This document shows positions 35,487-44,354 of a stretch of 64,000 bases of DNA, piece after piece. The notes beneath the pieces are model-generated. The model worked only from the letters and a program-made list of their open reading frames with translations, did not search any database and had not been told where the DNA came from. The stretch's first letter is position 1. Each line of letters starts with the position of its first letter. The stretch covers positions 18,803 through 82,802 of the IMG/VR virus record IMGVR_UViG_2913820460_000006. One strand, written 5' to 3'. The position numbers were made by a program, and so were the translations under genes. This DNA comes from a virus. Taxonomy: Duplodnaviria; Caudoviricetes.

Positions 35487-36809
35487 TTATTGATTATAAG
35501 TTTCTTGAATAGCTTGGAATATCTCATACATTACTTGTGGGACAATCGCATTGCCATATGCCTTTATCGATTCCTGCCGCCACTTTGAAAAGGCAATACC
35601 GTCCAATCTGGTGGAAATCCCATCATCTCGGCTACAAACAGGGGATTGAGTTGGGAAGTTTTTCCACCGTTCTGCGAATGATGCTCTCCTAACATTACCG
35701 GCAGGTTGCACAGAGCATCCGTCCTCATTTTCCCATTTTTTCTTTTCAATGCTTGTGGGGAAACGGAGGGTTGATAGTCCCTCGCTGCTGGAGTAGGGAG
35801 CATCCCATTCACCGCCATTGCTGTCAAAGCTGTGCCCATTTGACTGTTCGGATTGTATTTCTTGCTGTACTTGTCCGCTTCCCGGGCATTGGGAGTAGGA
35901 AGCAACCGAACCATTCTCGCAAGTCCTACGCTTCCGTTCTGTCCGTTCTGATTGATTCTCCTCGGAGTCCCGTTTCTGGTCGTAACAAATTGGTCGTTCT
36001 TTCCAATTATCGCTCCGGTTGTTGCATCGCTCGCCATCGGAGTGGGAAGAAGCCCGAACGCAGCCCCTGACGAAAGGTTGTTGAGTTTCGTACCCGTTCT
36101 GTCTTTCGTTCTCGCAGCAGCTTTCATGGGGTGTTCCACCACTTCCACGGCACGTGGTGTCGGAAGCAGTCCTACCGGATAGAATGTTGTCTTCCCATTT
36201 TCGTTGCATACCTTTAACCCCTGCGTCTGCACGGTGGGCAATAAAGAAGACACGGTCTCTTCTGTGCGGCGCTCCGACGGCACAAGCCGGAATAACAACC
36301 GGTTGGACGAAATATCCTTCACGTTCAAGGTCGTTACACACTGTTTCGACAACGTATTCCTGCCGATGCAATATTCTTTTTCGGTCAACCTCTCCGAACA
36401 GAGATTCTTCACGTCCCAACGCAGTTTCACTGCCGGGTTGTACCATTGAGAGGATTCCAGCAACGTTTTCACCAACAACCCAATCGGGCTGAATCTCCCG
36501 TATCGCTCGTAGCATTTCCGGCCAGAGGTAGCGGTCATCTTCCGCTCCCTTTCGCTGTCCGGCGCAAGAAAAAGGCTGGCAGGGAAAACCTCCGGTGAGG
36601 ACATTGATTTTTCCACGCCACTCTGTAAAATTTGTTTTCGTGATGTCTTCATAACTTTTGCTGTTTGGGAACCAATAATCAAGTATTTTTCTCCCGAACG
36701 GGTTTATTTCACAATGGAACATATTTTTCCAGCCCATTTCCTCGGCAGCTATTTCCGGACCACCGATGCCGCTGAACAAACTACCATGGGTAAACTTATT
36801 CTTTTCCAT
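35487..36809 (-). CDS. DNA cytosine-5 methyltransferase, catalytic (alpha-like) polypeptide
   Basis: Motif I FSGIGG, IV GFPCQ, VI ENV, VIII HRRDR and X GNAIVP; no clear motif IX in this frame. Confidence 0.9.
   Translation of the reverse strand: MEKNKFTHGSLFSGIGGPEIAAEEMGWKNMFHCEINPFGRKILDYWFPNSKSYEDITKTNFTEWRGKINVLTGGFPCQPFSCAGQRKGAEDDRYLWPEMLRAIREIQPDWVVGENVAGILSMVQPGSETALGREESLFGEVDRKRILHRQEYVVETVCNDLEREGYFVQPVVIPACAVGAPHRRDRVFFIAHRADAGVKGMQRKWEDNILSGRTASDTTCRGSGGTPHESCCENERQNGYETQQPFVRGCVRASSHSDGERCNNRSDNWKERPICYDQKRDSEENQSERTERKRRTCENGSVASYSQCPGSGQVQQEIQSEQSNGHSFDSNGGEWDAPYSSSEGLSTLRFPTSIEKKKWENEDGCSVQPAGNVRRASFAERWKNFPTQSPVCSRDDGISTRLDGIAFSKWRQESIKAYGNAIVPQVMYEIFQAIQETYNQ
35564..36682 (-). 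CDS. Nested alternative-frame ORF: probable methyltransferase beta subunit (TRD repeats plus motif IX)
   Basis: 372-codon open frame entirely inside the MTase gene on the same strand; five (L/M)LPT(P/V) repeats; C-terminal LNPLFVAEMMGFPPDWT is motif IX-like. The start may be the MSSPEV Met (~36604). Confidence 0.7.
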   Translation of the reverse strand: MIIGSQTAKVMKTSRKQILQSGVEKSMSSPEVFPASLFLAPDSERERKMTATSGRKCYERYGRFSPIGLLVKTLLESSQWYNPAVKLRWDVKNLCSERLTEKEYCIGRNTLSKQCVTTLNVKDISSNRLLFRLVPSERRTEETVSSLLPTVQTQGLKVCNENGKTTFYPVGLLPTPRAVEVVEHPMKAAARTKDRTGTKLNNLSSGAAFGLLPTPMASDATTGAIIGKNDQFVTTRNGTPRRINQNGQNGSVGLARMVRLLPTPNAREADKYSKKYNPNSQMGTALTAMAVNGMLPTPAARDYQPSVSPQALKRKNGKMRTDALCNLPVMLGEHHSQNGGKTSQLNPLFVAEMMGFPPDWTVLPFQSGGRNR

Positions 36810-36811
36810 GA

Positions 36812-37039
36812 TTACGGATTTTTTGTTTTTGCTACTTTAGTTGGTTCATAGTACTTGCATTTGTCTGTTCCCGGATTGTATGCTGGCCATACCCATTGCA
36901 AACGTGTATCGGGTGGATCGGGCAAATAGCGTTTACAACTCTTGCGGATTGAGCAGGTAACGCCCGAACAATAACTATAATCTGTATTCATCGTCATAAT
37001 GTTTTTAATTAGTTTACTGTTTTCTGAATGACTGCTCAT
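36812..37039 (-). CDS. Small Cys-rich protein
   Basis: YCSGVTCSIRKSCKRY...CKYY; the true start is probably an internal Met. Confidence 0.5.
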   Translation of the reverse strand: MSSHSENSKLIKNIMTMNTDYSYCSGVTCSIRKSCKRYLPDPPDTRLQWVWPAYNPGTDKCKYYEPTKVAKTKNP

Positions 37040-37757
37040 TGCCGAAATTGATGATTAGCATCATTTCACGGAAACGGTCTGCAATTCGTTCGTCGTAATA
37101 TTCTGCAATTTCTTTTGCCGTAAGATTGGATGAGACCAGCGTACAGAACTGCTCTTCATAGCGAAAAGACAGCATATCCATGGCGGCGGTTACGTAATCG
37201 CCATAATGAATGCTTTCTTTCGGTTCGGAGCCGAGTTCGTCGATTGCGAGTATTTCGATTTGGCGCAGCCTTTTGTAGCGTGCCACATCGGAGGTGTTGT
37301 CGCGTGTGGGATTGTTATACGCTTTAGCCAGCAAGACGAGTTCTTTAGCCGATACCATCATGTAGCCGCGTATCGGATATGCATCCGCATTGCTGTTATA
37401 CCCCTCATCAGAGCGCAAGTAGTTTATAAGGTTTTGCAATGCACGCAGAATGGTGGTTTTCCCATTTCCGGCATCGCCGCAAAGGAACAATCCGAAAGTG
37501 GAGGCTTCCGATGTAATCCAATTGGAAATGTCCCAAAGGTGCTTTTTGTATTGTTCGGTGGCATTAAATTCCCTATGCCTATGAGCAACTTCCACCCGGC
37601 ACGCTTCATATAGCATAGCGTAAACTTGCTTGGCGGTATATGGCAATCTAAAACGAGTTACCATATGTTTTCTCTTCATCAGATTTGAGAAGATTACCTC
37701 TGCGTTGATTTCTGCTTTCGGGTCTAACTTTATCATCTTTTCTTTTATTTTTATCAT
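37014..37757 (-). CDS. DnaC/IstB-like AAA+ ATPase (helicase loader)
   Basis: Walker A CGDAGNGKTT, Walker B ILAIDELG, SSNL...YYDERIADRFREM. Confidence 0.85.
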   Translation of the reverse strand: MIKIKEKMIKLDPKAEINAEVIFSNLMKRKHMVTRFRLPYTAKQVYAMLYEACRVEVAHRHREFNATEQYKKHLWDISNWITSEASTFGLFLCGDAGNGKTTILRALQNLINYLRSDEGYNSNADAYPIRGYMMVSAKELVLLAKAYNNPTRDNTSDVARYKRLRQIEILAIDELGSEPKESIHYGDYVTAAMDMLSFRYEEQFCTLVSSNLTAKEIAEYYDERIADRFREMMLIINFGNEQSFRKQ

Positions 37758-38448
37758 TTACAATTCTCAACCATGCGTTGAAGTGCTGTTTGGCATCCTG
37801 TAAGGAAGAATGCCGGTCTTTCCCGTCTGCCAGGCATTGCACCCGGAAGTCGTCAAGACTGCTGCGCAAAGAGGAAATATTCGTTGCATGAAGCACTTGT
37901 AATTGGTCAAGCCAACACTCGTCTTTTTTCAGTTCGGCAATTTCTTCATCGATAGTCATGGAGTAAGGCTCGTATTGCAGTTCGTTTTGCACTGTTGTAC
38001 TACCTTGTATCGTTTGTGGATTGTCATTCTTTCGTGGCAGTTTTTCAGTTTGTTTGGGCTTTCTTTTCTCGATTAGGTTATAATCCCCAATATAGCAAAC
38101 ACGACGGCACTGTACGCATATACGACTATACCTTTCCTGAATACCTTTAGAAGTCAATACTTTTTCAGCGTCAAACAATTCTTTTGAAAACAACCCCAGT
38201 GTCAGGCAGGTTTTGATTACTTCTGATATATATGCCTCCTCAAATCCCGTAAGCTCCGAGCAAATGAAAGGCAACTCTTTATCCCACTTCATATAATACC
38301 CACTCTTGTAGATATTGCAGAGCAGCAGAGCATATACCGTTATAGCTTTTCCACCTTGATACTTGATTAGTTTTCTTATTTTAAGGTCGTTAAATATATC
38401 TATATCCAGAGGGAAATAGTCAAGACCTTTTTTAAAAGTTCGTGCCAT
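37648..38448 (-). CDS. Phage replication initiator (DUF4373-like)
   Basis: KKGLDYFPLD...KIRKL...LTSKGIQERY; upstream of the loader ATPase. Confidence 0.75.
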   Translation of the reverse strand: MARTFKKGLDYFPLDIDIFNDLKIRKLIKYQGGKAITVYALLLCNIYKSGYYMKWDKELPFICSELTGFEEAYISEVIKTCLTLGLFSKELFDAEKVLTSKGIQERYSRICVQCRRVCYIGDYNLIEKRKPKQTEKLPRKNDNPQTIQGSTTVQNELQYEPYSMTIDEEIAELKKDECWLDQLQVLHATNISSLRSSLDDFRVQCLADGKDRHSSLQDAKQHFNAWLRIVNDKNKRKDDKVRPESRNQRRGNLLKSDEEKTYGNSF

Positions 38449-38459
38449 ATCTGACTTTT

Positions 38460-38873
38460 TTAAAATTCATTTCTCAAATAATCATCCACTTCACGAATGA
38501 AATCATCTAGCGAAAAGCACAGAACATATTTGTATTCTCCGTTTTCACATATTATCTTTTGCCATTCTTTTTGTGATGGAGATTGATAGCCGCCTTTCTT
38601 TTTCATTTCAATGAGCAGCGCACCATAATCACGATTGCTTTTCAACAGAATCAAATCGGATACACCGGCTGTTACGCCCTCAGCTTTCAATTTGTCACCT
38701 GTAACAGTATCACGTCTTCCTCCGTTCGGCACAGCAAACAACCGGCCTTTTAACTTCGGATACTTCAAATTGAACCACTTTACGCAAGAGCATTGTATGC
38801 GATGTTCCTCATCGTCATATTTTTGCTTCTTTTTTCGTTTCCTTTCCATTTGAAGCATTTCCTCAAGTGTCAT
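38460..38873 (-). CDS. VRR-NUC domain nuclease
   Basis: EEHRIQ, FAVPNGG, EGVTAGVSDL, LIEMK and SPSQKEWQ; start moved to MTLEEM. Confidence 0.85.
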   Translation of the reverse strand: MTLEEMLQMERKRKKKQKYDDEEHRIQCSCVKWFNLKYPKLKGRLFAVPNGGRRDTVTGDKLKAEGVTAGVSDLILLKSNRDYGALLIEMKKKGGYQSPSQKEWQKIICENGEYKYVLCFSLDDFIREVDDYLRNEF

Positions 38874-39480
38874 TGTCGCTTTGCTTTTCGGGTGTAACAA
38901 TGGTGTCTTTTCCGGTCTTGTCTACTACAACTTTTTTCCCACCAACGGTTATCGTTGTCCTGCAACCTTCGGGGAGAGATTGTATGAAATTTCGTACAAC
39001 AGGCGAATTGGCATTTTCACTGATGGTATCCGTAATGGACTCATCTGCGGCATATGGATAGACGTCCATAATGGCAGTTTCCGCTACCGATGCAATTTGG
39101 TAGTCGGCCATTGTGCCTTTCATACCCTCATCCAGTTTATTTACTGCATCACGCAAGTCGGCTGCTTGTACCAGTACGTTGGTAGCCGTCTTTTTTTCTG
39201 CTCCACTTTTTTCATCTGAGGTAATGAAATACAGCTTGCACTTGAACCAGCGGTCGGCACTGTCTTCCTCACAGGGAAAGAGCTCGCTATAGTTGGCACG
39301 TTTAATGTCGGAAACTGTAAACTCACCGGAAATAAAGGGTGTCATTTCTTCAATGATGCGTGCTTCCGCTTCCGTGAAGCTGAGCGCGTCAACCAGATAG
39401 GGTTCTGTTACTTTCTTGTTCATTCCGTTATCCATTGTCTTTTCATAACGGATTTTACATTCAAACCACGTGTGCATCAT
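38863..39480 (-). CDS. DUF4494-family protein
   Basis: WFECKIRYEK...EPYLVDALSFTEAEARI motif. Confidence 0.75.
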   Translation of the reverse strand: MMHTWFECKIRYEKTMDNGMNKKVTEPYLVDALSFTEAEARIIEEMTPFISGEFTVSDIKRANYSELFPCEEDSADRWFKCKLYFITSDEKSGAEKKTATNVLVQAADLRDAVNKLDEGMKGTMADYQIASVAETAIMDVYPYAADESITDTISENANSPVVRNFIQSLPEGCRTTITVGGKKVVVDKTGKDTIVTPEKQSDNDT

Positions 39481-39752
39481 GAGTTCATTTTTTCTTTGAG
39501 TTGTTTACTGACTACAAGTTTTACTGTTCGTCTTGCCGGAATGATTACCGTTGTTCTCTTGTAGATATTACGGGCTTTCCTTTCTTTTGTGATATAAGTC
39601 TTGATAGTGCCAAAACCACGTATATAGACACTTTCACCTTTACAAAGTGCTTTCTCAATAGCATCAAAAGCACAATCTACGGCTTGAATAGCCTGTGAGC
39701 GACTAATAGTCGTATTGTTGATAACATGTTCAACGATCTCAATTTTTCTCAT
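39477..39752 (-). CDS. hup: HU/IHF-family DNA-binding protein
   Basis: 91 aa; GESVYIRGFGT...RKARNI...IPARRTVK. Confidence 0.85.
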   Translation of the reverse strand: MRKIEIVEHVINNTTISRSQAIQAVDCAFDAIEKALCKGESVYIRGFGTIKTYITKERKARNIYKRTTVIIPARRTVKLVVSKQLKEKMNS

Positions 39753-39840
39753 TGTTTTTATTTTTATTAAAATGATAGATCACTATTGTTTGGTCTACAA
39801 TTCTCAGTTTTGTATTGAGTATTTTCAACTGATTTTTTCA

Positions 39841-40020
39841 TTATGATTCTTGATTTAAATCCGCAGATAGAAGTAGGACGATGGCTGCAATGGCAAAACT
39901 CATTCCTAAAATGGCATACGTATATGCTTTAGAGGATTTGGATTCTAAAGCAAAATGAAAGTTAACAGCAAAAATGATGATATTCAAAACAATAAATATT
40001 ATATCAAAATAGATTCTCAT
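39841..40020 (-). CDS. Small two-TM membrane protein (absent from the ORF track)
   Basis: MRIYFDIIFIVLNIIIFAVNFHFALESKSSKAYTYAILGMSFAIAAIVLLLSADLNQES. Confidence 0.5.
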   Translation of the reverse strand: MRIYFDIIFIVLNIIIFAVNFHFALESKSSKAYTYAILGMSFAIAAIVLLLSADLNQES

Positions 40021-40071
40021 ATTACTTCTTTATTTACTGGTTACTATTATTTTTCCTCATAATCACAAATG

Positions 40072-40821
40072 CTAATAGGGATTCTTGTTAAATGTTAACG
40101 AAAGCCCATTTGTAGCGGCTGTTATTTCTATCTCTGGATATAATCTTTCTATTCCATGGATAAACTCCGTAGCATTGCTGTTATTGTCGGACAGATGCAG
40201 GAGTAGAATGTTGCATACTTGAGACAGGTCATTGGCTTGCAATGTGAGGAGACAGTTATCATAGGACATGTGCGACTTAATGGTGCGTTCGTAGCGTTTC
40301 TTGTCAATGCGCCCGGCAGTGAAATTTGCATCAAGAATTTCCTTGCTATAATTGCACTCCAACATTACATTGTTAAGACCGGGAAATTTGTATTTTAGGA
40401 AATAGGTGTCTGTGGCAAACAGCACTGTTCCGCACTCTTCATGACGGATGAGGTATCCGTAAGGTTCCGCAGCATCATGTTGTACAGGGAACGGTATCAC
40501 TCTAAATCCATTTATCACAACTTGTTCGAATGGCAACAGCCCTTTTGCCCAATAGCTGGAAGAGAAACCAAGCGCATGTTTTGTGCCTTGACTCATATAG
40601 CAAGGTATGCAGGCGTTTATAAAATCGCCCACACATTTGGCATGGTCGCCATGCTCATGGCTGACGATACAACCAACAATGCTGTTTAGATTGAAGTCAA
40701 GAACTTTTTTTACTTTGTTGAACTTAACTCCGGCTTCCACTGCAAGTACCTCACCAGTCTTTTCAGACTGGAAGAGGTAACAGTTGCCTGATGATGAAGA
40801 ACCTAACACATGAAGTTTCAT
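40072..40821 (-). CDS. MBL-fold metallo-hydrolase (nuclease)
   Basis: LGSSSSGNCY, VSHEHGDH, QHDA, FATDT and LLHLS. Confidence 0.9.
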   Translation of the reverse strand: MKLHVLGSSSSGNCYLFQSEKTGEVLAVEAGVKFNKVKKVLDFNLNSIVGCIVSHEHGDHAKCVGDFINACIPCYMSQGTKHALGFSSSYWAKGLLPFEQVVINGFRVIPFPVQHDAAEPYGYLIRHEECGTVLFATDTYFLKYKFPGLNNVMLECNYSKEILDANFTAGRIDKKRYERTIKSHMSYDNCLLTLQANDLSQVCNILLLHLSDNNSNATEFIHGIERLYPEIEITAATNGLSLTFNKNPY

Positions 40822-40832
40822 TTCAAATAGGA

Positions 40833-41723
40833 TTAATAGCCCGGTCCATCATCCTCGGTTGAGGCTTGGTTTTCGGTACTTGTTTCACCTTGGGGCTCTT
40901 TAATTTCTCCTGTTTCAGGGTCAACACCTGCCGGAACTTCGTTGGAAACCGGAGCTACTGCATCATCAAAACTGATAGTGCCTTTGTTGGCTTGCGTGGA
41001 AATTTCTTTCGCAACCTGTTCTGTAACATCGACATAATCGGCGTCCTCTACATTTTCTTCAACGGTACGCATACCCATTGACAGTTCCGGTGAGTATGTA
41101 GAGCACCAGAACGAGGCGGCACGGTAACGTAACATCTGTTCGGGCATAGTACGCCACTTGCTGCCGTTTTTGCTATACCAACCCTCATCAATCGCCATTT
41201 GTATGGTAACGGCTGTACCACGTAAGGCAAGTGGTGATTTTGATGTAACCGGTTTTCCGTTCTCATCATGCGTAACACCTTTAGGAGTAGTCCATGCCAC
41301 ACACTTGACATTTGCCACACCGTTATTGCAAACTCCATTTGATGTCAATTCAAACTTCAGTGGTTCAAAGCGTCCACAAGTATTGATAGTGGCAATTAGG
41401 AACTTGGACGACCAAGATGGGCGACCATATACAATGTACAAGTTCTGCATTACCATAAGAGGGGATGCGCCAATGCGTGTGGCCACATCGAATGCGATTA
41501 CGCAGTTGGCTACTGCTTCGGCTTCAGAGACCGTTTTTTTAGGTCCTTCTCCGGTCTTACCGCCAACAACACCGCCAATGCGGTAACTTTCGGGTACAAG
41601 ACTGGAATTGGCAAACATGGTGGAGAAACGGTTGAGCGTTTCAATGGTTGTCGGGTCAAAGAAGTTGATGCCAACAGGAACGTTACTTTGATGTGTAACC
41701 GGTGTGATTTGTCTTTCGTTCAT
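40833..41723 (-). CDS. Probable ssDNA-annealing recombinase (RecT-like)
   Basis: ANCVIAFDVATRIGASPLMVMQNLYIVYGRP...W...PEQMLRYRA; acidic tail; lies between the SMC-like ATPase and the MBL nuclease. Confidence 0.6.
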   Translation of the reverse strand: MNERQITPVTHQSNVPVGINFFDPTTIETLNRFSTMFANSSLVPESYRIGGVVGGKTGEGPKKTVSEAEAVANCVIAFDVATRIGASPLMVMQNLYIVYGRPSWSSKFLIATINTCGRFEPLKFELTSNGVCNNGVANVKCVAWTTPKGVTHDENGKPVTSKSPLALRGTAVTIQMAIDEGWYSKNGSKWRTMPEQMLRYRAASFWCSTYSPELSMGMRTVEENVEDADYVDVTEQVAKEISTQANKGTISFDDAVAPVSNEVPAGVDPETGEIKEPQGETSTENQASTEDDGPGY

Positions 41724-41750
41724 AATTCTAATAATTAAAGATTTAACTAT

Positions 41751-43721
41751 TTATTTTACTGTTAGTTGACTGTCTGTTGTAACCTGCAAGAATATCATTT
41801 GTGCGTTGGAAGCAATGAATGTATTCACGCTTTCGGCACGGTCAATGAACATTGGAGCATAGACTTCGTAATGCCTTGCCAATGTGTTGGTGATGTCAAT
41901 ACCTGCGTTCACTTGCTTTGCTGTATTGCACGTACCATAGGACACACCATCAATTATAGGGATACATACTTCGTATTCGTTTCCGTCAAGAGTGGTATCG
42001 AAAAGTTTCCAGTGTACCATGCCAAACAGCGAGTTCAAACGGCTCTCACAATCATCAATGCGAGCTTTGGCAAACTTAGCAGCTATATATTCACGTTTCT
42101 CTATGTCGGCTATCTTCTGTGCGAGTTCACGACCTTCCTTTTCAAGACGCTCTATTTCTTTATCATAGTTGGCGATAATGGTACGGTTGTTTAGTTGGAT
42201 TTCCAAGTTCTTAATAGCAGATTTCACCAACTCGGCACGTTCGGACAGTTCGGTATCTGTCTGAGTATATGTGATATTTGCTATTTCTTTTTCTATCTCA
42301 TCCAAACGTTTTAGGTTTGCTGCATACGCAGGCAGCTCGTTTTCGTTGATGGCGGACGGTGCTGCTTTCGGGGTGGATTTCAGACGATCATACAGCCCTG
42401 CAATACATTCGTCAATGGCAGTAATCTTTTTGGAATGCTCTACAAGTTCTTCATTACGCCTGTTTAATTCCTCTCGGTATGATTCGACTTGTGTCGACAG
42501 GGATTTTCCACGTGATTGATTCTCTTTGAGCCTGTTTTGTTTATATTCTTCAAACTTTTGGAGAGCGTCTTGTATCATATTGTCGGGTAAAGGCTGGCCG
42601 CAATGAGGACAGATATTATCACCGGTGTACTGTGTGGCACGAATGGATGCCCATTCGGAACGTAATTCTTCAAGTCTGCTTGTTGTTCTAGTTATTTCTT
42701 CGTTCAAATACTTGATGCGTTCTTTTGCACGGGTAATGTCTATATTGCAATCCGATCGTTCGGAATGAATATTCTTCAACTCTTTCTCGATTTCATTACG
42801 TGTTTCGTTCTGCTTATCGGCTTCCTCCTGACGACTTCTCCTTTCTGCGGCAAGAATATCCTTCTGTTGCTGTTCGATTTGCCGTTTTTCACGGTTCAGC
42901 GCAGCTTTTTTATCGATGGCAGATTGCTTGCGAGCATCTTCAGAATGCAGAAGTTCGTTTATTTCTTCCAGCTCTTTCTTTTTGTCGGTGAGCATTTCTT
43001 CCAATGAGTTCCAATCCTCGGCTTCTGGTTTCATCTTGTCCGTTTGGTCGATACGTGGCTTGATTTCATCCGCTTGCATTTTTAGACGTTTTTTCTCTGC
43101 GGCAATCTGCCGACGATAATCCGCCAATGATTTGCCACTCAACATGTCTACGAGAGCGGTAAATTCTGCATTTCCCTGCGCCAATTCGTTGTCTGTTTTG
43201 GCTCCGGCAATGGACATTAACACTTCACGTTGAACATCTTGTTTTAACGATAGGAAATACTCGGTATTGGTTAGCATCTTGAAAAGGTTCTCATCAATGA
43301 TTTCGGCATTTATACGTTCCTTATACTCATTGACACGAACAGGTACGCCGTCCCATGTGCATTCGGTGACATTCCCCTTGAACACTTCCTCTACTTGTCC
43401 ACGAGGTTTGACCCATTGCTCCTTATACTCTCGTTTGATGGTAATTTCCGTTCCATCAACGACTAATGTTCCCTCTACGGAGCATTCACAATGCTGTAGG
43501 GGATTGCCCTTTTCGTCTGTGGTGCGCAAGTTGAAGTCTTTACGGTCTTTGCTGTCCTTGCCGAAAAGCAGCCAACAGAACGCATCCATGTGCCTGGACT
43601 TGCCGAGACCGTTACGACCACAGATACGTGTAACAGTGCCATCTGTATGGAACTGTGTTGTCCTTTCTTTTTCTCCACGCCAGTTGCGAAGCGTGATTGA
43701 TTTTAGCTGAATTGCTTTCAT
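41751..43721 (-). CDS. SMC/SbcC-like AAA ATPase
   Basis: Walker A GRNGLGKS, long coiled coil with a central CPHC zinc hook, C-terminal FIDRAES Walker B. Confidence 0.85.
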   Translation of the reverse strand: MKAIQLKSITLRNWRGEKERTTQFHTDGTVTRICGRNGLGKSRHMDAFCWLLFGKDSKDRKDFNLRTTDEKGNPLQHCECSVEGTLVVDGTEITIKREYKEQWVKPRGQVEEVFKGNVTECTWDGVPVRVNEYKERINAEIIDENLFKMLTNTEYFLSLKQDVQREVLMSIAGAKTDNELAQGNAEFTALVDMLSGKSLADYRRQIAAEKKRLKMQADEIKPRIDQTDKMKPEAEDWNSLEEMLTDKKKELEEINELLHSEDARKQSAIDKKAALNREKRQIEQQQKDILAAERRSRQEEADKQNETRNEIEKELKNIHSERSDCNIDITRAKERIKYLNEEITRTTSRLEELRSEWASIRATQYTGDNICPHCGQPLPDNMIQDALQKFEEYKQNRLKENQSRGKSLSTQVESYREELNRRNEELVEHSKKITAIDECIAGLYDRLKSTPKAAPSAINENELPAYAANLKRLDEIEKEIANITYTQTDTELSERAELVKSAIKNLEIQLNNRTIIANYDKEIERLEKEGRELAQKIADIEKREYIAAKFAKARIDDCESRLNSLFGMVHWKLFDTTLDGNEYEVCIPIIDGVSYGTCNTAKQVNAGIDITNTLARHYEVYAPMFIDRAESVNTFIASNAQMIFLQVTTDSQLTVK

Positions 43722-43751
43722 CTACTTTGATTTTTAATAGTGAAAAAATAG

Positions 43752-43838
43752 TGGGAGGAACAGGATTTGAACCTGTGTCCTGCTGCATCTTGGCCATTTG
43801 GGTACGTACCGCCGCTCTATCCGCTGAGCTATCCTCCC
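43752..43838 (-). ncRNA. tRNA-like element with a non-canonical, expanded anticodon arm
   Basis: Acceptor stem GGGAGGA/TCCTCCC (7/7), D arm GCTC-AGCGGATA-GAGC and T arm ACAGG-TTCAAAT-CCTGT are intact. There are 36 nt between the D and T arms (22 in class I tRNAs) and no canonical anticodon stem; it ends ACTA then a T-run. Confidence 0.7.
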
Positions 43839-43841
43839 TTA

Positions 43842-44111
43842 TCATTTGAAATAGTCTTGTTGTAACCTTTGTAGTGTACGCAGTTCGATTGTGCGGTATT
43901 CAACTTTGCCCGGACGCTTGCAGGGGGTTATTTTACCCTGCTTGCGCCATCTATCCACATTGCCACGCCCAAACATAGCGTATGCTTTTCGCTGGCTGAC
44001 CATTTCGGGGTCATTGTGTGTATCGGCAAGCATACGGACTACAGAGGACGCTACATCGCGGACGAAAGTGTCATAAGTAACGGATTTATCGGGAAAATCA
44101 ATAGTGAGCAT
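43842..44111 (-). CDS. Small DNA-binding protein (excisionase-like HTH)
   Basis: VSQRKAYAMFGRGNVDRWRKQGKI...GKVEY MerR/Xis-like pattern. Confidence 0.55.
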   Translation of the reverse strand: MLTIDFPDKSVTYDTFVRDVASSVVRMLADTHNDPEMVSQRKAYAMFGRGNVDRWRKQGKITPCKRPGKVEYRTIELRTLQRLQQDYFK

Positions 44112-44122
44112 AGGATTACGGA

Positions 44123-44335
44123 TTAAAGTGAATACTCTGCACGATAATTTTCATCGGTTTTAATGAAATATGTAAGCACTTTTATTAGGGAACGTTTAGA
44201 ACCGGGCTTGGCAATAGAGTCAACCAGACTTTCTCTCTTTTGCTTGTCTGTAGCAATAAAGATGTAGCCCACGTGTCTTGCTTCCGGTTTAAGAGGCTTG
44301 ATTTGAGAATTTAATTTTTTGAAATTGATAGACAT
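44123..44335 (-). CDS. Hypothetical early protein
   Basis: 70 aa from MSINFKK (start moved to avoid overlap with the upstream gene). Confidence 0.5.
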   Translation of the reverse strand: MSINFKKLNSQIKPLKPEARHVGYIFIATDKQKRESLVDSIAKPGSKRSLIKVLTYFIKTDENYRAEYSL

Positions 44336-44354
44336 GATATTGTAAGTTAAGAGG

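Noticed and set aside
35564-36682. MTase overlap as a sequencing frameshift or pseudogene
   Set aside because: Both frames are open over the whole overlap, and each ends in its own conserved motif and stop; a single indel would not produce this.
43752-43838. Assigning an amino-acid isotype to the tRNA-like element
   Set aside because: No register gives a 5-bp anticodon stem with a 7-nt loop, as either class I or class II.
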